Positions 1 through 8,057 of a stretch of 31,377 bases of DNA are shown in pieces. Each line of letters starts with the position of its first letter. Positions within the stretch are counted from its first letter, which is position 1. The stretch lies in UHGV virus genome UHGV-0092341; one strand, written 5' to 3'. The stretch is from a virus. A program made the position numbers and the translations under genes. A model generated the notes under the pieces. That model was not told the origin of the DNA, ran no database searches, and was given only the letters and a program-made list of their open reading frames with translations.

Positions 1-175
1 CTGCCAGCTCTGCCGCGAGGTCACTTTCGCTGCCCTGTCCGTTCAGGTTGCGGGCAGCACTGGCCGCCAGTTCAGCGGCCTCTTCTGTCAGTTTCAGGGC
101 CTGTGCGTCCGGCCCGAAACGCTGCAGGGCCAGACGGTAGAGAGCGGCGCGGGTGTGTACGGTATTCCGTGTCAT
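1..175 (-). CDS. hypothetical early-region protein, N-terminal 58 codons only (gene continues leftwards past window start)
   Basis: Minus-strand ATG at 175-173, open to position 1 (hand translation MTRNTVHTRAALYRLALQRFGPDAQALKLTEEAAELAASAARNLNGQ...). SD-like GAGGG 6 nt upstream. Absent from ORF track because no stop lies in the window. Confidence 0.4.
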   Translation of the reverse strand, partial: MTRNTVHTRAALYRLALQRFGPDAQALKLTEEAAELAASAARNLNGQGSESDLAAELA

Positions 176-184
176 ACCGCGCCC

Positions 185-457
185 TCAGTGCTTCCGGTCA
201 ACAATGATGTGCAGGTCGCCTTCTGCAGTGATTTCCATCCGGTACGGCACCTCGTGCTCTGCCGCGTGGGTGAGTGTGTTCACCAGTATCTGCAGGGCGG
301 CCTCCTTTCCGTTGGTCGCCACAATGGCCTGCGTGGCCATGCTGATTAACGCCGTCAGGGCGCACATGATATCGGTGAGGTCACGGCATTCACACTCGTT
401 GATGTACCGTTCAACAAGGGCGCGGGCGCGCTGATGTGCTTCCTGTGGGGTAATCAT
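185..457 (-). CDS. hypothetical early-region protein (90 aa)
   Basis: ORF in track; start overlaps stop of upstream gene (454-457, coupling); same strand as early operon. Confidence 0.5.
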   Translation of the reverse strand: MITPQEAHQRARALVERYINECECRDLTDIMCALTALISMATQAIVATNGKEAALQILVNTLTHAAEHEVPYRMEITAEGDLHIIVDRKH

Positions 458-648
458 TGCGCGTCCTCCCTGTCCGGGCGTGAGAACTCCATAACGGGCA
501 CATCTGCCGAAAAATGCTGGCTGCAGTACGGGCAGACCAGGGTGACGCGCACTGACGGTACGTGGTACTTACCGGACATCACGGCGACGGCGCTGTGAAA
601 ACGCAGGGTTGTAATATCTCTTTCGCACTGAATACATTTAAATATCAT
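454..648 (-). CDS. small CxxC...CxxC zinc-ribbon-like protein (64 aa)
   Basis: Two Cys pairs (CIQC, CPYC); strong SD GAGGAG 7 nt upstream of ATG at 648. Confidence 0.55.
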   Translation of the reverse strand: MIFKCIQCERDITTLRFHSAVAVMSGKYHVPSVRVTLVCPYCSQHFSADVPVMEFSRPDREDAQ

Positions 649-745
649 GATTTAATTCTCCTCTGTTTCCGGCGTGCAGAAGCCCACGGCGCTGACGCCG
701 GAATAAAAAAGAAAATGTTTTTATTAAATAATTAACGTGGTGTGT

Positions 746-1276
746 TTACTGCACATCCTGCTCAAAAGGAATTATTGAAAAATCCTCAATATCACTTTTT
801 ATGGTAATACCGGGAATATTTTTCACGGCGTCCTTTTCATTCAGGATAGCGTCTTTATTTATTTCCTCTTTTACACGAATAAAGCGCTCAAGCCCCAGAC
901 GTCTCAGTAGTTCAATAACATTATCCGCTCCGCGAATGCTGACTGACGGCGGGCGGTTTCGCCACTGCACCTCGCCGGTGGTGAGGTTAGCAAACTTCAC
1001 CTTCCCGTTGCCGGTCAGTTCATCACGGTGTGCCTCACACCATGTCTGGATACCGGACTGCAGTTCGGCCATGCGTTTTTTCAGGCTCTCGGTGAGCGGG
1101 GCATAACGTGCAGTGATGTCGCCAATGGTGTCATTCATTTCTGTTTCAGCCCTGACCAGTTCACGTTGTGCGTCACCGAGCAGTCTGATGCCCTCAATGA
1201 CCTCTTCGCGTGTCCCTGGTACCCAGAGTGCCGCTGCGGACTTGATACGTTTTGCCCCTTTTGTACTTTTTGCCAT
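746..1276 (-). CDS. gam: Gam-like host-nuclease inhibitor / DNA-end-binding protein (Mu Gam family)
   Basis: 176 aa; N-terminal MAKSTKGAKRIKSAAA and C-terminal GITIKSDIEDFSIIPFEQ closely match my recollection of Mu Gam; sits downstream of B as in Mu. Confidence 0.85.
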   Translation of the reverse strand: MAKSTKGAKRIKSAAALWVPGTREEVIEGIRLLGDAQRELVRAETEMNDTIGDITARYAPLTESLKKRMAELQSGIQTWCEAHRDELTGNGKVKFANLTTGEVQWRNRPPSVSIRGADNVIELLRRLGLERFIRVKEEINKDAILNEKDAVKNIPGITIKSDIEDFSIIPFEQDVQ

Positions 1277-1303
1277 ATCTTATGATTTCTCCAGTTGTGC
1301 TGA

Positions 1304-1573
1304 TTACCACAAAGATTCCGGCCACACGACGCGACAGCCGTGCAGTTCGAAAACGCCCTGACGGAAATATCCCCTGTGGTCATGTCCGGTATACAGATAA
1401 CAGGCCTTTCCCTGCTCAAGCATGCGCATGCAATGCGCACTCCGGGAAACGCGGATGACAGGTTTGTTACCCCTGATGGTGATGCTCTGTATATCCGTAT
1501 TCGTCGCCTTAAGTGCCATAATGGCTGACTGCACTTTGTTAATCTGCTGGCTGATAACTGTGGTGGATTTCAT
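1304..1573 (-). CDS. hypothetical early protein (89 aa), semi-essential-region-like
   Basis: ATG 2 nt after B stop; SD-like AAGGGG upstream; no recognisable motif. Confidence 0.5.
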   Translation of the reverse strand: MKSTTVISQQINKVQSAIMALKATNTDIQSITIRGNKPVIRVSRSAHCMRMLEQGKACYLYTGHDHRGYFRQGVFELHGCRVVWPESLW

Positions 1574-1575
1574 TA

Positions 1576-2742
1576 TTAAACCCCTTTGACAACGTCAGCA
1601 TTGACCTGTGGAACCCCGATTTCAGCGGCCAGATTCATGGCGGCTATCACCAGGTTACTGACGGCCAGCGGATACAGCAGGCTGACCATATTTTTACGAT
1701 GACTTCCCGGATTGCTCAGGCGGGCACGTATGGCATCCACTGCGCTGGCGTCCATAATGTCCGTCAGTTGTTTACCGGCCCGTTGCAGTTTGAACGTCAG
1801 AAATTCTTCAAGGTTATTGTCCAGAGGCAGAAGTTCGACCACCTCACAGCGCTGAACGACTTCACGGACTTCCATATTGCGTTCAGACAGTTTTGTCGCC
1901 AGTTCCGGCTGGCCAATCAGCACGATGGACAGCAGTTTTTTGAAACCGGACTCCAGCTCAAAAAAGCGTTTGAGGTGTTTCAGTGTCGGAATGGGCAGAC
2001 TGTGGGCCTCCTCAATCACCAAAACGTGGCTGAACCCCGCCTGGCTGCTGTCTTTCAGGACGCGATGCAACTGGCGAAAACGGGCGTCCTGACTGCGTCT
2101 GATGCTTTCCAGTGGTGCGATGGTACTGATAATGGCTTCGGCAATCGCTGCTGCCTTCAGGGTTTTCCCTTTCACATCGTTGTCTTCCATAGCGATGATG
2201 TATGGCTCGATAACAATTACCGGCGCATTCTCGCGGTTGATACGTTCAGTCAGGTCGCGGCGCAGCGTGGATTTACCCGCACCGGACTCACCGATGACGG
2301 CCATAAACCCACCATGACGGGCTGTCTGGTACAGCGCCTCACGCACGTAGCGAATGTCCGGGGTGGTGAACACATCATCAGAACCCTGCATGGCTTCGTC
2401 GGCGAACGGGTCACGGAAAAGACCAAACGCTTTTTTGGTTGCTGGAAATAACACCTGTTTTTTGAGTAACATATTCTCTTCCTCACTGAGGCTCGTTTTA
2501 TCTGTGGTACCCGCTGTACGGGGCGTGGCCGCGCCCTGTACAGCATCAAAACTCTTCGTTGTATCAATCCCCTGACTTTCCAGCCAGGACGCAAGACGCC
2601 GGCGCACTTCTCCAGGGCGGGTGCGGGGCCACGCGTTATGATTCACAATCTGGGCCAGCGTGGCCTCAGAAACATCGACAGCTCTCGCCACCACCGCCTG
2701 TGGGATACGGGCCTCTTTCAGTTGCTGCTTCAGTACCAGCAT
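1576..2742 (-). CDS. AAA+ ATPase, transposition target-DNA activator (MuB-like)
   Basis: Walker A GESGAGKST and Walker B HVLVIEEAH; directly downstream of transposase. I place the start at ATG 2742-2740 (SD GGAGG, 5-nt spacer, 10 nt after A stop) rather than the track's GTG at 2781. Confidence 0.8.
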   Translation of the reverse strand: MLVLKQQLKEARIPQAVVARAVDVSEATLAQIVNHNAWPRTRPGEVRRRLASWLESQGIDTTKSFDAVQGAATPRTAGTTDKTSLSEEENMLLKKQVLFPATKKAFGLFRDPFADEAMQGSDDVFTTPDIRYVREALYQTARHGGFMAVIGESGAGKSTLRRDLTERINRENAPVIVIEPYIIAMEDNDVKGKTLKAAAIAEAIISTIAPLESIRRSQDARFRQLHRVLKDSSQAGFSHVLVIEEAHSLPIPTLKHLKRFFELESGFKKLLSIVLIGQPELATKLSERNMEVREVVQRCEVVELLPLDNNLEEFLTFKLQRAGKQLTDIMDASAVDAIRARLSNPGSHRKNMVSLLYPLAVSNLVIAAMNLAAEIGVPQVNADVVKGV

Positions 2743-2752
2743 GTTTTCCTCC

Positions 2753-4522
2753 TCAGTTGCCGTTAACAATGCTGATAACACTGCTGCGGACCGGCGTGGT
2801 CAGCGTGGCCATGACTTCATCCAGTGCGGCTTCCGGTACGCCGTCCGGGTACTGTGCCGTTAACTGGCGGTAATGTTCCGGCGTCCAGGTAAGGCCGTCG
2901 GCGCTGAACTTATCGCGCAGGGCTTTCGCGGCCTCCACATGAGTCATGGGACGTTGTTCAGTGCGCGGCCCGCGTACGTCAGAGGCCTGACCACGCTTCG
3001 GCATATAGGCCGGAAGTGTGGCGTCATCAATATGTTTATACGGGTCAAGCCGCCCGCCGAACGGCAGCGCCTTCGCCTTGCGTGCGGCGGCTGCATCTGC
3101 GGCGTTGTCTGTACCGGTAACCAGCGCTTCGGTTTCTTTTGCCGCCATCTGTGCCGGGGTTTCCGGCAGGGCTTTGTAACTTTCGCCAAATACCGCCGCG
3201 CCTTCAGCAAAGCCAAACTCGTTCTTTCTGACCTCTTCGACCAGGAAGAACGTCTCGTGGCCGTCCTCACCGGTCAGAACCACCTGTGCCACATCGCTGC
3301 GCCATGGGTTACGGGTAATCATCAGTTTTTCACCAACCAGTACGCCCGGTACCGTTGATACGTCAAATTCAGTGCCCCGGAACGAGACACGAAGTTTTGG
3401 CGTGACTTTGCGGAGTTCTGGTGTCGCCACAGCCAGTTCACGGCATACCTCAACGGAAGGCGCTTTTTTCAGCTGCTCAGCAGTAATCTTCAGCCAGATA
3501 TCCGTGCGGGTTTTACCGTGGCGGCTGTGAACAGCCGTGGCGTTAAAGTGGCTGCGCCATTTCGCGGCCAGCGCGTTGAGTTCTTCCAGACTGTGAACCG
3601 GCCGGAACTTCAGACCCGGCTCCAGCTTGCGTTCGATAATGTCACGCGCCTTTTCCACCTGTCCGGTGGCGCGGGCGTTATGCGGCTTGTGTGCTATCAG
3701 GTCGATGCCCAGTGAGCGGCACATGTTTTTCGTCATACCCGCGGTGTTTGCCGAGCCGGGGTCGAGATAGAGTATTTTCGGCACGCCGTGCAGCACGTCT
3801 GCGCCGCCACGCTCCTGCATGGCGTTGATAAGCACAGAACACAGGTTCTCACCGGATTCCGCACCCGTCACATACTCAACGTAAATCCAGCCGCTGGCAT
3901 GGTCGGTAATCTCGTAACTCCACACGCGGTCACTGGCGATACGGGCAAGGTTAGCGGGCTTGTTCTTGTAGAACTTCGCGCTGTCCATCACCTGCAGTCC
4001 TTTGTGTCCATTACTCAGGTAGTAAAGCGTGCAGAGCGAGGCATCAATCTGCCAGACATGATTGGGATGCAGACTGGCCACTTCAGTATGTGGTGCAGGG
4101 GCATCCAGTTGTTCCGGGTGCAGGCCATAGTTACGCAGGGCTCGGCTGATGGCATCTTCGGACAACGGGAAAAACTCACCGGTGGTTTCATCTGTTCTGC
4201 CTGCGGAGATAAAGCCGTTAGCCCGCAGGGTTTCCACTGCATCCGCGATGGAATAGAGACGCTTACCGTTCTTGCGGGTGGCCTCACGCAGTGTGGCAGA
4301 TATCAGCGCGGCTTCGTCGCGGGTCAGGGCGCTGCGCCCGGCATCGGCGCGTTTTTTGCGTTTATCAGTCACAGAGACCTCCTTCAGCCTGCGCAGCAGA
4401 GTGGCGCGGGACATGCCAAGTTCAGCACAGGCAGCGTCGTATACTGCACCGCGTTTACCATGCCCCGCATTACGTGCCGCGCGGGCTGTTTCAACCAGTT
4501 TTTCAGTCAGTGCCGGGGTCAT
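2753..4522 (-). CDS. DDE transposase (MuA-like, rve/integrase core)
   Basis: 589 aa; HVWQIDAS-type first catalytic Asp region; N-terminal HTH-like segment; paired with B ATPase downstream; SD AGGGAAG upstream. Confidence 0.85.
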   Translation of the reverse strand: MTPALTEKLVETARAARNAGHGKRGAVYDAACAELGMSRATLLRRLKEVSVTDKRKKRADAGRSALTRDEAALISATLREATRKNGKRLYSIADAVETLRANGFISAGRTDETTGEFFPLSEDAISRALRNYGLHPEQLDAPAPHTEVASLHPNHVWQIDASLCTLYYLSNGHKGLQVMDSAKFYKNKPANLARIASDRVWSYEITDHASGWIYVEYVTGAESGENLCSVLINAMQERGGADVLHGVPKILYLDPGSANTAGMTKNMCRSLGIDLIAHKPHNARATGQVEKARDIIERKLEPGLKFRPVHSLEELNALAAKWRSHFNATAVHSRHGKTRTDIWLKITAEQLKKAPSVEVCRELAVATPELRKVTPKLRVSFRGTEFDVSTVPGVLVGEKLMITRNPWRSDVAQVVLTGEDGHETFFLVEEVRKNEFGFAEGAAVFGESYKALPETPAQMAAKETEALVTGTDNAADAAAARKAKALPFGGRLDPYKHIDDATLPAYMPKRGQASDVRGPRTEQRPMTHVEAAKALRDKFSADGLTWTPEHYRQLTAQYPDGVPEAALDEVMATLTTPVRSSVISIVNGN

Positions 4523-4537
4523 AGCTTGTCTTCCCTG

Positions 4538-4855
4538 TTATCCGATTCTGGCGGCAATTTTTCTGGCGAGGTCGCACAGTGTTTCGCCATCGCAGGCTTT
4601 CACCACGGTATTTACCGGTTGCGGTACAGCTACCGGGCGCAATGCTGACTGAGACTGCAGGCGTCTTATCTGCTGCATCAGCATCTCCTCCATCGTCAGT
4701 ACAAACGGGTGCGCCTCCTGTGCGGGTACGCAGATTTCACCGGAAGGGGTTACCACGCGGAAACCCTGCACCATTTCCGGCACCAGATTACACAGTGCGT
4801 GCCCCAGTGCCTCAGGGCTGTCCATCAGGATATTTTGTGTGTTATTCGTATTCAT
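4538..4855 (-). CDS. hypothetical early protein (105 aa)
   Basis: ORF in track; ATG overlaps stop of upstream 305-aa gene (coupling); 15 nt upstream of transposase. Confidence 0.5.
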   Translation of the reverse strand: MNTNNTQNILMDSPEALGHALCNLVPEMVQGFRVVTPSGEICVPAQEAHPFVLTMEEMLMQQIRRLQSQSALRPVAVPQPVNTVVKACDGETLCDLARKIAARIG

Positions 4856-5772
4856 TACTGCATATCCTCCGGTCGGTTGATTTCAGGTTCCGGTTCGGTC
4901 AGCCAGGCGGGGACATCGTTACCCGATGGTGCGGCATCAAGGTCAAACGTCTCACGCAATGCATGAACACTGCGTTCAATCTGACAGACCAGACCGGCCA
5001 TGAAATCTCTGGGGGTATCAATCATGTTTTTACTGCAGTATTCACACAGGGTTTCAAAGGCACCGGACAGCCGGACGGCAACAGCAGATTCCGCTTCAAC
5101 CGCTAATGCCGTCACTTCCGCCCGCAGCTTCTTCATCTCTTCATCAGGCTCAGGCGGCTGAATACGGGATTTCTTCTCCAGTCTGGTGGAGAGTGAATCT
5201 ATTTTTTCATTTTTGTCGGCAAGTACGCGCTGTTGTGCTGCGTTGGTTTCACGCGCTTCGCGCAGAGCCTGACGGAGTTCACGTACTGACATGCGATCAA
5301 CGTCGTCAAGCGTCAGGCCGGCAACTGTGCCGCCGTCGGCCAGTTCGGCAAGGTCTTCGTCATCTTCAGCAACAAGTTCAAATAATTTTGCCTTACCTAA
5401 AAGCGACAACGTTGTCGCTTTTGGCTCTAGTTTTGGTGAAAGGTATTTCAAAGATGCTTTCATCATTCGTTGTGCTGCGCGCACATGCAGACCAAGTTGT
5501 TCTTCTACAATTCCAACAAAGTCCCCGTGTGGTTCATTTTCTTTGAGAATAATAAGCCGTTTACCTGCCTCCAGCATGGCCTCAGCGCTCTGTGCCATAT
5601 AAAACCGAGCCTCATGAACTATGCGATCTCGCTCATAGGGCTGACCATCGCCAAACTGCTGCATGATCTCCATGCGATGCTGTGTCATGGCGTTCAGACT
5701 GACATTGAGATCATCCGACAGAGGCTCCTCGGCGTTCAGTTCAGTGTTAACGGGGGATTTGGTGCGTCCCAT
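4855..5772 (-). CDS. hypothetical early protein (305 aa), acidic with coiled-coil-like centre
   Basis: Strong SD AAGGAG 6 nt upstream of ATG at 5772; no catalytic motif recognised. Confidence 0.55.
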   Translation of the reverse strand: MGRTKSPVNTELNAEEPLSDDLNVSLNAMTQHRMEIMQQFGDGQPYERDRIVHEARFYMAQSAEAMLEAGKRLIILKENEPHGDFVGIVEEQLGLHVRAAQRMMKASLKYLSPKLEPKATTLSLLGKAKLFELVAEDDEDLAELADGGTVAGLTLDDVDRMSVRELRQALREARETNAAQQRVLADKNEKIDSLSTRLEKKSRIQPPEPDEEMKKLRAEVTALAVEAESAVAVRLSGAFETLCEYCSKNMIDTPRDFMAGLVCQIERSVHALRETFDLDAAPSGNDVPAWLTEPEPEINRPEDMQ

Positions 5773-5782
5773 TGATTACTCC

Positions 5783-6091
5783 TTACAAACGACTACCTGA
5801 AATAACACGTTGGTTGATTTCGTTAATGCGATCCTGTGCACGTGCCATCTCGTTACTGTGGGCCATGGCGATCTGCAGTAACTGGATGCCCGGCGCGAAA
5901 CGCCCGTTTTCCAGTTTCAGAGCCAGCCCTTCTTCGATGAGGGTGTTGAGTGCCCGGTTGATGTTTGCCGGTGACTCGTGCAGTGCTGCCGCCAGTTCAC
6001 CGTTAGAAATACCATTCAGGGCATGACCGCGCAGCGCTTTGAGTACCCGGAGGATGCGACTGCCGGAGCTTGAAACATTCGTCTTACTCAT
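5783..6091 (-). CDS. winged-helix/HTH DNA-binding protein (second early regulator)
   Basis: HTH-like RILRVLKAL...ISNGELAAAL...INRALNTLIEEGL. I prefer ATG at 6091 (SD AAGAGG, 7-nt spacer) over track start 6097. Confidence 0.5.
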   Translation of the reverse strand: MSKTNVSSSGSRILRVLKALRGHALNGISNGELAAALHESPANINRALNTLIEEGLALKLENGRFAPGIQLLQIAMAHSNEMARAQDRINEINQRVISGSRL

Positions 6092-6143
6092 CTGCATACC
6101 TCTTTTGCGATATGTGATAACCTTTTACAAAGACTCAAAATCT

Positions 6144-6332
6144 TCAGGCTGCCTGAGCTGTTGATTTCAGCCCCAGTTTCACGGCGATTTCATGGGATTT
6201 ACCGTAACGGGCTTTGGTCTGCCCGTTGAGAACGCGGTATACCTCATTGCGGTTGTAGCCGTTTTCTTCTGCCCAGCGGGTGAACGTGATCCCGCGCTGG
6301 CGAAAGAGGGCTTTGACTTGTTCTGCAGTCAT
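6144..6332 (-). CDS. Ner/Cro-like small DNA-binding protein, first early gene
   Basis: 62 aa; strong SD AAGGAG; first gene of leftward operon, divergent from repressor as in Mu c/ner. Confidence 0.6.
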   Translation of the reverse strand: MTAEQVKALFRQRGITFTRWAEENGYNRNEVYRVLNGQTKARYGKSHEIAVKLGLKSTAQAA

Positions 6333-6432
6333 CGTTGTCTCCTTTGTTGATGCAATGATGTTTGCCTTATGTGTGATAGATTATGGTGCAGATTACCTCA
6401 CCAGTCAACTTAAAGAGTGCAGAAAAACTCAC
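6333..6432. promoter_or_regulatory. divergent early/repressor control region (promoters and operators expected)
   Basis: 100-bp AT-rich gap between divergent starts of Ner-like gene (6332) and repressor (6433); operators not mapped. Confidence 0.4.
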
Positions 6433-6771
6433 ATGATCGGGTTACGTATTAAAGAAGAAAGAGAGCGTCTATCTCTTACACAGCAAGGGTTGGCTGATGC
6501 TATAGGTGTGGCAAAGAGAACTTTCATTGATTGGGAAAAAGATCGCACTTCTCCTACTGCAGTGCAGTTATCTGCACTATCAGAAATCGGTGTAGATATT
6601 TTGTATGTAGTTACTGGGGTGCGGAGTCAGCCTGTTGTTGCACCGTATGTGTCACAAGAAAAGAAAGAGTTAATGGATGCATTCGACGAAATGAGCCCCG
6701 AACAACGGAGGGCAATTCTTGAGGTCGGCAAAGTCTTCATTCAACCAAAACCGAGCAAACTCGCAGGCTGA
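6433..6771 (+). CDS. XRE-family HTH repressor (c-repressor analogue)
   Basis: HTH LSLTQQGLADAIGVAKRTFIDWEKDRTSP. Start taken at ATG 6433 because the track's 6280 start would overlap the Ner-like gene. Confidence 0.65.
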   Translation: MIGLRIKEERERLSLTQQGLADAIGVAKRTFIDWEKDRTSPTAVQLSALSEIGVDILYVVTGVRSQPVVAPYVSQEKKELMDAFDEMSPEQRRAILEVGKVFIQPKPSKLAG

Positions 6772-6857
6772 TTCTGACCCGGACACAAAGGGCGCGTGGT
6801 TGATCTGGATGCTTTCAGAAAACATCGCCAGTGACATAGTGGAAGTTGTCTGGTTTA

Positions 6858-6884
6858 CCGGAAAGCATTGCGCTTTCCGGTTTT
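6858..6884 (+). terminator. rho-independent terminator-like hairpin (9-bp stem CCGGAAAGC/GCTTTCCGG, 5-nt loop, then TTTT)
   Basis: Read directly from sequence; lies between convergent repressor and methyltransferase 3' ends. Confidence 0.5.
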
Positions 6885-6887
6885 GCT

Positions 6888-7652
6888 TCAGAAGTTGCAG
6901 ATTACCAGTTCACGGCGCGGCGTGGGTTTCCCCGCCAGACTGTAGTTGATATTCACCGTCTGTATGTTCAGTTCAGTGAACACCCGACGCATCTGCGGAA
7001 TGTCGTTCACCGAGATAATCATCTTTCCTCTGATGCACCGGGCCAGTTCTGCGAGTAGTGTGTAGTTCTCTTCAGGAAAATCCACACCATAGCCTTCCGT
7101 CCCCAGATAGGGCGGATCACAGTAGAACAGCGTGTGCGGACGGTCATAACGCTTAATGCACTGGTGCCAGTCCATGTGTTCTATCACCGTTCTGGAAAGC
7201 CGCAGGTGTGCCGCTGACAGTTCTTCTTCAATACGTAGCAGATTGAAGCGTGGCGGAGATGTGGTGGAGGTGCCGAAGCTGTGCCCTGCCACCTTGCCAC
7301 CAAATGCCTGCTTCTGGAGGTAGTAGAACCGTGCCGCACGCTGGATATCCGTCAGTGTTTCTTCCGGGGTGATCTGCAGCCATTTGTAGATCTGCCGGCT
7401 GACCAGCGCCCATTTGAACTGGCGGATAAATTCTTCCAGGTGATGTTTTACCACCCGGTACAGATTCACCAGTTCACCATTGATATCGTTAATGACTTCG
7501 AGCTTGCCGGGAGTCTTGAGAAAATAGAGCGCAGCTGCGCCGCAGAACGGCTCCACATAACATTCATGCGCAGGAAACAGCGGCAGGATGTGTTTTCCCA
7601 GGCGGCGTTTGCCACCAATCCATGGAACGATGGGTAATGTCTGCGTTTTCAT
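6888..7652 (-). CDS. Dam-like N6-adenine DNA methyltransferase (D12 class), orphan
   Basis: 254 aa; motif I FCGAAA near N-terminus and motif IV DPPY (FYCDPPYLG) near C-terminus; no adjacent restriction-enzyme-like gene. Confidence 0.8.
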   Translation of the reverse strand: MKTQTLPIVPWIGGKRRLGKHILPLFPAHECYVEPFCGAAALYFLKTPGKLEVINDINGELVNLYRVVKHHLEEFIRQFKWALVSRQIYKWLQITPEETLTDIQRAARFYYLQKQAFGGKVAGHSFGTSTTSPPRFNLLRIEEELSAAHLRLSRTVIEHMDWHQCIKRYDRPHTLFYCDPPYLGTEGYGVDFPEENYTLLAELARCIRGKMIISVNDIPQMRRVFTELNIQTVNINYSLAGKPTPRRELVICNF

Positions 7653-7693
7653 AATCTGTAAGCCTTTTACAATTATTAAAAATATGGCAGGCT

Positions 7694-7794
7694 AGTCTGG
7701 TCTCGCGAGACTGACTGAACCTCGGTCGGCTCACAGCGCATTCCTGTGGGACGATGGCCAGCCCGGCTTTCGGGTGCCGGGCTGGTCGTTCTTT
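7694..7794. other. structured intergenic element: 12-bp perfect palindrome (7700-7711) plus 10-bp-stem GC hairpin (7758-7785) followed by T-rich tract
   Basis: Read directly; hairpin plus TCGTTCTTT resembles an intrinsic terminator in plus orientation although no plus-strand gene precedes it. Confidence 0.3.
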
Positions 7795-7841
7795 CATGAT
7801 GCGGCAGGGATAGTGGGATTTCTGTTAATGTGGTTTAGGGA

Positions 7842-8057
7842 TTATCCGGGGCGATTTTCTGACCTTATCTGGTCCAGGGCATAAGTGATCCCTTCTGCAA
7901 AAACAGAAGTATCAAACTGCTTTTGTATTTCCTGAAAATGAACAGTAGCACGACAGATACTCAGTTCTCCGCGATGTAACCGGATAATATCTTCCAGAAT
8001 ATTGTTCACTGCTTCAGCACGGCGCTGATGTTCTGTTAACGTTAATCGGGGATTCAT
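7842..8057 (-). CDS. hypothetical protein (71 aa)
   Basis: Perfect SD AAGGAG with 6-nt spacer before ATG at 8057; no motif recognised. Confidence 0.5.
   Translation of the reverse strand: MNPRLTLTEHQRRAEAVNNILEDIIRLHRGELSICRATVHFQEIQKQFDTSVFAEGITYALDQIRSENRPG

Noticed and set aside
669-701. Inverted repeat CCGGCGT...ACGCCGG between Gam and the zinc-ribbon gene
   Set aside because: Short 7-bp stem with a 19-nt loop and T-tract on the wrong side for a minus-strand terminator; too weak to call.
1699-2451. 250-aa plus-strand ORF opposite the B ATPase gene
   Set aside because: Antisense shadow ORF of a gene with clear Walker motifs; no independent support.
2743-2781. GTG start for B at 2781, giving a 29-nt overlap with the transposase gene
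   Set aside because: An ATG at 2742 with SD GGAGG at ideal spacing lies just after the transposase stop; the apparent EEENML duplication at the N-terminus is the RBS region read in frame.
2753-4522. Transposase as evidence of an insertion sequence or composite transposon
   Set aside because: It is paired with a MuB-like ATPase, Gam and a full phage late region, so it belongs to a transposable phage; no IS-sized inverted repeats are seen.
3788-4648. 286-aa plus-strand ORF opposite the transposase gene
   Set aside because: Entirely antisense to a well-supported CDS in GC-rich DNA, where long spurious antisense ORFs are expected; low-complexity, no RBS.
6280-6432. Longer 163-aa version of the repressor ORF starting at 6280
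   Set aside because: It would overlap the divergent Ner-like gene and its promoter region; the HTH domain begins right after ATG 6433.
6121-7672. Exact 10-mer CCTTTTACAA upstream of both the HTH gene (6121-6130) and the methyltransferase (7663-7672)
   Set aside because: A single shared 10-mer is expected by chance many times in 31 kb; flanks align only loosely.
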